Part shown: one piece after another, positions 1 through 9,821 of the stretch | Layout: each line of letters starts with the position of its first letter | Position numbering within the stretch: the first letter of the stretch is position 1 | NCBI GenBank assembly: GCA_025558095.1 | Contig: JAIVFI010000002.1 | Location: 992,001 to 1,056,000, forward strand | Length of the DNA stretch: 64,000 nt | Source of the DNA: Hyaloraphidium curvatum SAG 235-1 | Taxonomy: Eukaryota; Fungi; Monoblepharomycota | Direction of reading: 5' to 3' | Position numbers and translations under genes: made by a program | Notes under the pieces: generated by a model | The model's database searches: none | The model's input: only the letters and a program-made list of their open reading frames with translations | Told to the model about the DNA's origin: nothing

Positions 1-98
1 ATCGTTGCAACTGTCAGGCGGCACCGCCCGCCGCGCTGCCGCGCTTCCAACCCCTTGACACGGAGCATCCGCGTCCCTCCTCGGCGAGCGGCGACGCG

Positions 99-2396
99 AT
101 GTCTGCGCTATCATCTCCCGAAGAAACAGAAGCGCCACTGGTGGAGCGGTGCTCGGTATCGCCGGCGCCGCCGAGCCCCGTGCCGACGGAGGATGCCGTC
201 CGGAACGCCGAAGTCTTGAAACTCATAAGAACTTTCTTCCGCATGCCGCTGCGGAGTGACAGCGAGGAGGACTTCTTTGCACTGGGCCGGCACATCGTTC
301 GGACGCTGCGGAAGTACATGAACTGCGACCGTGCCTCCCTCCTCATCGCGGACACCGAGTCCGGCATCTTCAAGCCCACCTTCTGGGACTGGAACGGCCT
401 CGAAGTGCCGGCGATACAGAAGCTGCACGAGGCAGAAATCAGGGAGCTGGCGTTGCCGCTTCGTAAGGGCATCGCTGGAGATGCCCTGTCGAAGAACGCG
501 ATACAGGTCTGCGACGACGCGCAGGAGGATCCCCGGTTCTTCAAGGAGGTGGACATCCGGTTCCAGTACAAGATCCGCTCCATCATGTCGGTCCCTCTTG
601 GTTCGGTGGCGGTATTGAACCTATACAACAAGCTCTGCCCGGATACGGGAGACATTCTCATCTTCTCTGCTGACGACCGAGAGGTGATCGGAGTGAGTAC
701 ACCGCAACAGGCGGACCACGGAATACACGGCAGAAACTAATTCCCGTGTGTCGCAGACCTTCCGCGACCTCCTTGGTGTGCTCCTCGAAAGGGCCGTCCT
801 GCAGCGCCAGGTGGCGCAAACGGAGATGAAGCTCAAGATTACTCTGGACGTTTTGTCCTACCGAATCGGAGTATCGGACGCGTTGATCGCCTCCTTCATC
901 AAGGACTGGACTCCGTACGTCGAGCAGGATCCGCACCCGATCGACGATTACGCCTGGGACCCGCAGCACCGCGACGACGACGAGTGCGTCGCGGCGTTCG
1001 TGCGGATGGTCTACTCCCTGGGCTACGTGGAGAAGTTCAAGATCTCTCACGAGAAGCTCGTGCGGTTCGGGCTCACGGTGGCCCGCAACTACCGCGAGAA
1101 GTCGGACGTACAGTACCACAACCTCGGACATGCCACCGCCGTAACGCACGGCATGTACATGCTCGCCAAACGCTACGGCCTGAGGAAGCTGTTTAAGGAC
1201 GACTTGGAAGTCTTTTCGCTTGTGCTCGCTTGCTTCTGCCACGACTTGGATCACCGGGGGCTTTCAAACGCGTACCTCAAAACAACAAACAGCTTTCTCT
1301 CGGGTTATTTCAGCCACTCCATCATGTAAGTCCGCTTCCCCTGTTTTCGCGGCGCGAATTCGAAGGGTGCCTAATCGCGCTACCTTGGCTCGGTCCTTTC
1401 TTTCCTACCACAGGGAAGAGCATCATGCGAACTTTGCGGTCTCAATTCGTTGGGTTGCTGCACTTTGCACCCGCCTCTACATGCTAAACCGCGCGCTCCG
1501 ACAGTGACGGCGCCCGACTGCGACATCCTCGAGAACCTCTCCGTGGAAGACTTCAAGCACGTCCTCCACATGACGCGCGCCAACATAATCTCGACCGATC
1601 TGAGCGTCTTCTTTTCGCGCAAGGCGCAGTTGACGGAGCTCATCACGACCGGGACTCTCGACATCGACCATGACAAGCCTCAGGTGCGTTCCCGTCCGGA
1701 ACGAATCCTCTGTGCTCACTCTTGTCCTCACCCCAGCGGCGCATGATCCGGGGTCTTTTGATGAACTGCTGCGATCTGATGGCGATGACCAAGCCGTTCC
1801 TGACCGTCATCCGCGTCGTCGACGTCATCTTCAAGGAGTTCTTCACCGAAGGCGACAAGACCAAGAGCCAGGGCCTGGCGCCGAGCTCGGAGCTCATGGA
1901 CCGCGACAAGGAGCACGCGATCCCGAAGATGCAGGTCGGCTTCATGTCAGGTGTGGTGATCCCCGCGTACGAGCTCATGGCCAGCCCCAACGTCCTGCCG
2001 CGGACGGAGGAGCTGGTGCGGCTCGCGAAACGGACGCTGGCAAAGTGGCAGCGCTGGATCGAGACGGACGCGGGGTACACCCTGGGCTGCGGGGTGCCCT
2101 GGGAGGGCGAGGAGGAGGACGAGGCGCGCGAGGCGGAAGAGGTCGCGAGGCACTGGGCCGAGCTCGACGAGGAGGACGAGCAGGACCTCATCAGCGAGCG
2201 GGAGCGGCAGCGGAGGGCGACGGCCGAGCGCCGGCATTCCATCGCCCTCCTGACCAGCGACGCGCTCAAGCGGACGTTTTCGAAGAACAAGGGGTCGCGG
2301 CGACCGCCGGGCTTCGGCAACCTGGCGATCCCGGCGACGACGGGACCGGGAAGCCCCACCTATCGGAGCCCCCCTGCCGACTCTCTGAAGCCGTAG
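99..2396 (+). CDS. GAF-domain class I cyclic nucleotide phosphodiesterase (5 exons)
   Basis: N-terminal GAF (CDRASLLI...GIAG...DAQEDPRF...SIMSVPL), then PDEase motifs YHNLGHA, CHDLDHRG-SN, MEEHH, STDL, CCDL, EFF-EGD, Q-GF. Introns 693-756, 1326-1413, 1449-1504 and 1684-1736 (GT..AG) restore one frame. Confidence 0.93.
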
Positions 2397-2437
2397 TCTT
2401 TCCTCATTTTCTGTGTAGTATATTGGTCTTGCTGGAA

Positions 2438-3733
2438 TCAGAGTCTGGTTTGCACGCTGGACTCGGCGACCACGGCCCAGAAGGCGTTGACAAAAGCAAG
2501 CACCTCCTCGCGCGTGCTCCAAAGCCCGACGCTGAATCGGAGGGCCGATTTGGCCAGGGCTGGCTCCACCTGCATCGCGGCAAGCACACCGCTCGCGGTG
2601 CCGTCCGAGTGGCACGCCGCGCCCTTGCCAACCACAAAGCCCGCCTGCACCAGCTTCGCGGCCAGGGTTCCGTTGTCGAGCGACGCGTTCCGCCCGGCCA
2701 CGGAAAACATGGAAACGTTCGAGGCCCGGCCCCACGGGTTCGACTTGCCGTGGAAGACGACGCGGAAGCCGGCGGGGGCTGACGCCGCAACCCGCTCCTC
2801 AAACAGGCCGATCAGCTGCGAGTTCTTGGCCTCGATCTCGGCCAATCGGACGGTGATCGCTTCCGCCGCCGCGCCGAGGCCGGCGCACTGCGGCACGTTC
2901 TCCGTGCCCGAGCGCCACCCTTTCTCCTGTCCACCGCCCAGGACCGTCGCAAAGAGCGGCACCTCGGCCTCGAACTCAGCCGCCGCCGAGTATCCCCTGT
3001 CCCAGCGCGCACCGAGCCCGCGCACGTACAGCGCCCCGATCCTCGGCGCGTAGAACTTGTGCCCCACGACCGTGAGCATGTCCACCCCCAGCTCCCGCGC
3101 GTCCACGCGCATCTTGCCGATCGCCTGCGCGGCGTCCGTGTGGACGATCGTGCGCTTCGGGAAGGATCGGCGGGCGGCCCTTTCCCAAGCGCGCACCCGG
3201 TCTGCGATGCCCCGGAGGTCGGCGACCGCCCCCGTCTCGTTGTTGACCAGCATGATGCTGACGAGGGCGGTCGTGGGGCGGAGGGCCGCGGCGATGTCGT
3301 CGGGGTGCGCGGCGCCGTGGCCGGGGCGCAGTCCGACCACGGTGAGGTCGATGAGGCCACGGAACTCCAACTCCTTTGCGGGGACCGCGATCGCGGGGTG
3401 TTCAATTGCCGAAATGACGACGTGCGGCTTCGGTGCGGCCAGATTGCCACGTCCGTAGCGGTGCTCGAAGAGCCGCACCGCGTTTTCCAGGACCAGGTTG
3501 TTCGCTTCCGTTCCTCCCGACAGGAAGACAACATCGTGGGCCGCCTCGGCGCCTACGGCGCGGGCAATTTGGCTCCGGGCCTTTTCCAGCAGCTCCTTGG
3601 ACCGCCGGCCGAAGGGATGGCCCGTGCTGGACGGGTTGCCCCAGCCCTCACGCATCGCGTCCGCCACGGCCATGGAAGCCTCTGACAGGTACGCTGTCGT
3701 CGCATTGTAGTCGAAGTAGCCCCGGTACTCCAT
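2438..3733 (-). CDS. SCLY: Selenocysteine lyase-like PLP enzyme (class V aminotransferase, NifS/SCLY group), intronless
   Basis: YFDYNATT, WGNPSS, SGGTEANN, HTDAAQAIGK, VGHKFYAPRIGALYVRG, GGGQE..RSGTEN, GAACHS. The GHKFY-PRIGALY and GAACHS segments match animal SCLY as I recall it, rather than Nfs1 (GSACTS). No mitochondrial presequence. Confidence 0.85.
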   Translation of the reverse strand: MEYRGYFDYNATTAYLSEASMAVADAMREGWGNPSSTGHPFGRRSKELLEKARSQIARAVGAEAAHDVVFLSGGTEANNLVLENAVRLFEHRYGRGNLAAPKPHVVISAIEHPAIAVPAKELEFRGLIDLTVVGLRPGHGAAHPDDIAAALRPTTALVSIMLVNNETGAVADLRGIADRVRAWERAARRSFPKRTIVHTDAAQAIGKMRVDARELGVDMLTVVGHKFYAPRIGALYVRGLGARWDRGYSAAAEFEAEVPLFATVLGGGQEKGWRSGTENVPQCAGLGAAAEAITVRLAEIEAKNSQLIGLFEERVAASAPAGFRVVFHGKSNPWGRASNVSMFSVAGRNASLDNGTLAAKLVQAGFVVGKGAACHSDGTASGVLAAMQVEPALAKSALRFSVGLWSTREEVLAFVNAFWAVVAESSVQTRL

Positions 3734-3839
3734 GCTCGATCGACGATTCGTCTATCGTCGCAATACGACGTCTCACAGACTTGGAGTCGGGCCGAGTGCG
3801 CGGCGGCCCGCATCATCAGGCCCCGCTGATCCCGGAACC

Positions 3840-5250
3840 ATGGCGGCTTCCACGCCCGCGCCGGCGGCAGTTGGCATGACGGGGCTCGCGTGGCTGATGG
3901 CGGCCGAGCAGCGCAACAAGGAGAAGGCGCTCGTGCCGTTCGATGACGCGCCGCGGGCGAACGGCCGCATGTCCCCGGAGCCTCGCATGCGCCCGCCGGC
4001 CACGCCGCTGTCGAGCGCCGCGTCGTCGCCGTCGCGCCCCTTCGCGGAGCCGACGCCCGGCCGCGACGCCGCCGTCGCCCGCGACCTGGTCGAGAGCGCG
4101 CAGGAGGCGCCCGCGTCGCCCGTGTCGGACGTGTCGCGCGCGCTGGGCCCCGTGCGGACCGATTCGTCGGCGTCGATCGAGACGCAGACCGCCTTGGCGA
4201 GCGCAGTCACGCCGAAGCAGGTGTCGTCGATGATGGACCAGAGCAAAAAGGTCATCTCGCACCTGCGCCGGCTGCACGACGAGGAGCAGCAGCTGGACAT
4301 CATGGACGCCGACGGCGCCATGCCCTCGTACGAGAACCTGGTGATGCGGCTAGTGGACAAGTTCCGGAACCAGCGGGAAGTCAACGCCGTGGGTGCCGAC
4401 GCCGCCACGTGGCCAGCCCCAGCAGCTGACTGTCTCCCGCCCCTTCCAGGCCAACTCGCGGCTCTTTTCCCTCTCGTACGTCGTGCAGATGCACAACTAC
4501 GCCCGGACGCGGCAGCTCATGAAGGACGTCGCGCGCGGAAAGCGCGAGGTCATGAGCCTGCAGACCAACGTCAAGGAGCTGGAGCAGGACGTGGAAAACA
4601 TCACCGTGGACCTCGAGGCGCAAAAGGCCCAGGCCGCCGTCTTCAAAAAGAACCTGGAGAACACGCAGAGCCTGCTGAACAAGATCATGGTGGACTACCG
4701 CGACGAGCTCAACCGGCAGCGCGAGGTGCTCCGGCGCCAGCAAAAGTACCTGGGCTCCATGTACTCGGCCAAGCTGTCCCAGGACCTGGCGCTGGACATG
4801 TTCATCCTGATCTTTGGCGTCTACATCGTCTCGCACCCCTTCATCCGGCATCCCCTCAACTTCCTCGCCGCCTCGTTCAACCAGCTCGTGCCGATGCTCC
4901 TGCGGCGCAACGAGAGCGTCGGCACCTACCGCGCCGCGGCCGAGCAGCGCGGGATCTTCCTCCAGCGACTGATCCGGATCATTGCCTTCGTGACCTTTGT
5001 CCGCAACGTGCGGGAGCTGGCCATGGGATACGGCCTGCACAACAAGGTCGGCGCCGCCTTTTCGTACTTCACGTACCTGAGCGACAACGTGCGGAACCGG
5101 ATCTTCGGGGCCACGGACCTGCTGCCGACCGAGCGGCTGATCGAGGAGGGGGACCGCAAGATGCTCATGTACGAGCAGGTGCCCCGGGGGGTGGAGCCGT
5201 TGGACCTGGTGCCAGTGGAGAGGAGGCTCGAGGGCGGGCCGGCCAACTGA
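3840..5250 (+). CDS. Hypothetical coiled-coil protein with C-terminal hydrophobic helices
   Basis: ATG 3840; intron 4389-4449 (GTGGGT..GCTGAC..CCAG) joins the two ORFs in frame; heptad-rich region followed by two hydrophobic segments. Confidence 0.7.
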
Positions 5251-5445
5251 GGCCATCCGTCTCGCTGGACCTCGTAGACAGCTAGTGGTAGATGCGATCA
5301 AACTGATGTAGCTTTGCCAAGGTTGTTTTCTTGCCATCTACTTCGGTCACTTCGGTCGTCCTGGCGGGAGGCGGCGGAACCTTCCGCCTCTCGACGACGC
5401 GCAAGCCCAAACAGCTCCCTCCTCTCCCGCAGCCCGCCGGTCCCC

Positions 5446-7524
5446 ATGGCCAACGAAGAGTCCTCGGAGGTCATTCTCTATGTCTACGGTGAGATTGTAG
5501 CCTCGGCCTACGCTTCGGCTGCGATTCTGACCCCTCTCCGTGCTCGGTCGCTCCGACGTTCTCCCGCGATTCCGCCCTCCATTCCCATTTGTTCCCCACT
5601 TTTGCCCGCCAGATCTGTCGCAGGGCATGGCCCGCATGCTCTCCATGCCGCTCGCGGGCCGGCAGATCGACGCAATCTACCACACCTCGGTCGTCGTCTA
5701 CGGGACCGAGTACTTCTTCGGGCAGGGTATCATGTCCTGCGCCCCGGGGCAGTCGATGCACGGCACGCCCATCGAGCAGCTGCGGATGGGCACCACGTAC
5801 CTGCCCCGGTCGGTCGTCAGGGAGTACATCGACAACATGAGGCAGCACTGGACGGCGGACCGCTACCACCTGCTGGACAACAACTGCAACAGCTTCTCCG
5901 GTAGGTCCGGCGCAGCTCCTTTGCCGGTGTCGCTCACGCGGCGCTGTCAGACGAGGTGTGCACCTTCCTGGTCGGCAAGAACATCCCCTCGCACATCACC
6001 GGCCTCCCGGCCGACTTCCTGAGCACGCCCCTGGGGCAGCAGTTCCGGCCCATGATCGAGGCTATGTTCGGGCCGTCGCGGCACGGCAGGGACACGGGAG
6101 GCTGGAACGACGGGCCGATCAACGGGTTCGGCGCCGCGCCCGCGGGCGCCAACGGGGTTTCCCACGGCGCCGTTCCCCCGGTTGCCGCGGGGCCGGGAGC
6201 GCTGACGGTCGACACCCACCCGTCCGCGAAAGCCTACGTCCCCGCTTCCTCGCTGGCCCAGTTGGAAGGCATCGTTTCCTCCCAACGCGCCGTGGTGGCA
6301 TTCTTCACGCGGGACGGCTGCGGACCTTGCAAGATGATCGAACCCCGGCTGAAGGAGCTCGTGGATGAGATCAACTCGGAGTTTGTTCAGGCGGGGCGGC
6401 GGAGGGGTGCGGCGGAGCCTTACATCACCGCGGTCCGCGTCGACACGGGCGTCGCGTTCGACGCCGCCACGCGTTACTCCGTGACGGCGACACCCACCTT
6501 CATCTTCTTCCTTGACGGCGAAAAATACTACGACTTCAAGGGGGCGAACGCGGCGGAGCTCAAGACCAGCCTCTACGGCGTCGTGGGCAAGGCCTTCCCG
6601 CCGCACCCGCACGCCAAAGTCTCGACGCCGACGGCGAACGCTCTGGGCACGGCGCCGCACGTGCATCCTCCGGTCGGGGATCTGGACAAGCTGGGGGCCA
6701 AACTCGGGGAGTTTGCCGTAGGTGCGGGCGTGGTGTCGGCGGCCGAGTGGGCGTCCACGGGGACGGGCCTGGTCGCCGCGGCCAAGGACCCGAAGCGGCC
6801 CCTTCCCAAGGGCTGGGAAGACTTCGCGGCCCGTCTTTTGAAGCTGGACGTCGACAAGGTGTTTCCTGCGCTGGACCTGCTGCGGATGCTGCTTTCGCAG
6901 CCCGATGTGGCTTCGTGGACCGCGGGTGGCGGCTTTAAACCGCTGATGCACCTGGTCCGGGAGCTCGGCGCCAACCCATCCACGCCGAGGGCGGCCCGCT
7001 TGACGCTCCTTAAGCTGGCATGCAGCTTCCCGACCACCTCCGCCTTTTCCTCCCGCGCCCTGGACGAATCCGACGGGGGCATAACCACCCGGACGCTGAC
7101 GACGGCACTGTTGGTGGAATCGCTGCTCCACGAGGACGCTTCCATCAGGCAGGCAGCCGCCGGGCTAGCCTGGAACGCCGCGCTCGCCGTCGCGGCGGGG
7201 CGCGAGGGCTCTACGGTCCCCGCGGCGCTGTGGCCGCGCGGATCGGCCGAGGACGAACAGGAGTGGGCGATAGAGCTCGCTTCGGCCTGCTCCTCTACCT
7301 TGGAACGGGACGAAGGGGACGAGGTGCGGCTGCGGCTCGCGGGGGCCCTGGTCCACATCGTCAAGTACGGGACCGCCGATCTTGCGGAGCTCATCCGCGT
7401 CATGGGCGTGTGCGATTTCCTGAAGGCGGATCCCGACGGCGGAGAAGGCGAAAAGGACAAGGAGAGGCGGGCCCGGGTGGTAAAGATCGCCAAGGAGCTC
7501 GAAGCGCTCATCAACGCCGTGTAG
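5446..7524 (+). CDS. PPPDE/DeSI peptidase - thioredoxin - PUL domain protein
   Basis: LYVY|DLSQG, YHTSVVVYGTEYFFG, YHLLDNNCNSFS (His/Cys dyad), Trx-like CGPC, PUL-like FPALDLLR. Introns 5489-5612 and 5901-5950. Confidence 0.9.
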
Positions 7525-7584
7525 AGACATAGATCACATTCGGCCTCGAATTTCGGGTATCGTCCGCGCCGGAGCAGAAGCGGC

Positions 7585-8090
7585 CTATGTCGAAGCAGGC
7601 TGGGGCTCCTCCTTCAAGGTCTTCGTTGTGAGCTGTAGAGCATGGAGACCCTTCACGTTCAGCTCCTCGTCCAAAATCTTGTATACCATCTTGTGCCGCT
7701 CCACTAGCCGCTGTAGAGCCACGATGAGACCCGAAAGAGGATCTGGAAAGGGGTCGCAGGGCCCCACCTTGCCCTCGAACTTGTCCGAAACGATCTTGAC
7801 CTTGAAATGCGACTCGACCGGGTCCTTCCCCTTCATCGCGGCGTGCCCAGCATGTTTGTGGCTCTCGTCTTCGATCTCCAACAGCACGGGTTCCAGCTCC
7901 GCCGTCAGCTTCTCCCGCATCGAACGTTGCATCGGGCCAATCTGCGGTCCGTCGGCGGGCGTCTGGACGCGTCACGTGAGCGAGGCGGTCGGTTGCGGGC
8001 CCGGATCAGAAGCACCTCGGAAGCCATGGTGCGCAGAAGTGCGAGCCGCGGGGCGATGAGGCGCGGTGCGCGATGGAGGGCGCTGAGCAT
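7585..8090 (-). CDS. BolA-like protein with probable mitochondrial presequence
   Basis: EDESHKHAGH, ESHFKVKIVSDKFEGK|RLVERHKMVY, LHALQL. Introns 7942-8015 and 7711-7767; Arg/Leu-rich N-terminus. Confidence 0.9.
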
Positions 8091-8578
8091 TGACAGTGGA
8101 AACGAGCCGGAGGGCGGGACGATCAACCACCACCAAATCCGCCATCAGCAGCTCGGCCGATGGATCAGAAGTAACGTGACTACATGGCTTACGTTCAGGA
8201 TTACTGTACTGCCTTTACAGTCAGTTTCGTGGCTAGGGAGGAAGCTGGCTCGGAGTTGATCCACAACTCAGGAGGATCACGCCTGCATCGGAATCCGTGT
8301 AGGTCAGACATCGGGGAAGCTGGATCTAAATCTGATGGATGATGCGTGCTCTCTCGGGGGCAAGGTGAGGCTGCTCCACTGGCGAGGATTCCGCGGGGCC
8401 TCGACAAGTCAGCGCGAGACAAACTTTTTCCCTCCCCCGCTTCCCCGCTCCATCTGGGCAAGCCGCGCCGTTGGGACATCGCCGCGTCGCGAATCTCGCC
8501 GCTCTTTTCCGCCCCTCGATGGGCTTGGCCGCTCCGGCGTTTGTCGTCGAACCCGCGCCGCCACCCTCCGAAGCAAAG

Positions 8579-9785
8579 ATGCCGCGGGAACGCAGAGAGG
8601 ACCCCGCTGTCGCGTTCGAGTCGAAGCTGGATAGACCCGTGGTTAAGCCTCATTTCCACAAGAAGGACGTTCACCTTACCGAGTTCCAGAAGTGGAGGAG
8701 TGGGCTCTTCGTGGTCTTTGCTCGTCCGACCAGGGAGTTGACGCTGCTCCCCAGATAACTTCATTTCGGGAGCATTGGCTCTGTCGACATCATATGCTGT
8801 GATGCACCCTTTGGATACCCTGAAAACGAGGATGCAGGCGCAAGCAGGGACGGGCAAGGGCAGCGGCATCTCGTTCAGGGCCATGTTCACCCGGGAAACC
8901 ATGAGGATGCTCAGCAAGGGCTTCACAACGAGTATTCTGGGGGCAGCAGGCCAGGTAGGACCGTCGTTCGTCCCTTGCACTAGGGTACCACTGAAGCATT
9001 TGTTGCAGGGAGGCCTCCGCTTGTCGACCTACGAGTTTACGAAGGCTCACATGTTGCGATGGTCGGCGGCGCATTTTCCTTCGTCCACCTCTTCAGCAGG
9101 CCCTTCGCCTGCCATTTCGGCCATTGCCGCCATCTTTGGCGACCTGGCCTCATCCATCGTGAAGGTACCGCGAGAAATCATTACCACACGACTGCAAACG
9201 GACTATATGGGCGACGGCCGTGCTTCGGCGTCAAAAGTCTTCCGCGATATTCTGAAAGAGGACGGGCCGCTGGGACTTTTCCGTGGATTCTGGAGCACGA
9301 CGGCCAGAGATGCGCCGTTCATGGTGATCCTGTTTGTGGTCTATGAGAGCTTCAAAGGCTACAGTATTCGGAACAACATTGGCGTTACCGTTGCCCCCGG
9401 TAGCATCGGTGGGAGCCGAAACGGGAATGGGGATTACATTTCTTCGCTGGAGGCGGACGATTCTGCTGCTCCTGCGACGGGCATCACCACTTTCCGCTCC
9501 ATTCTCTACGGCGGCATCTCTGGCTTTTTGGCCGGTTACGTGACGACGCCCTTCGACGTTGTGAGGGCAAAAGTCATGACGTACAAGAAGAAGGACCCTC
9601 GCGCCCCTGCGCCAGGCATGACAACCGTGTTTCGCGAAGTTGCGGAGGCAGCACGCGCGCGTGGGGATTCTGTCACCCGGGTGTTCTTCACGGGAGCTCT
9701 GGCACGATCTTTCTGGTGGTACTGCGTCTGTTCCTCCTTTTTCGCCATCTATGAACGAATGCGCCAGGTTCTCCAGGTTGTGTAG
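8579..9785 (+). CDS. Mitochondrial carrier (SLC25), SAM-carrier-like
   Basis: Three PxD/ExxK/R signatures (PLDTLKTR, PREIITTR, PFDVVRAK) and ARDAPF. Introns 8700-8754 and 8955-9008. The start could also be ATG 8519. Confidence 0.85.
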
Positions 9786-9821
9786 GCAATAATGTTTTGC
9801 CTATTACAGTGGCTTTGGAGG

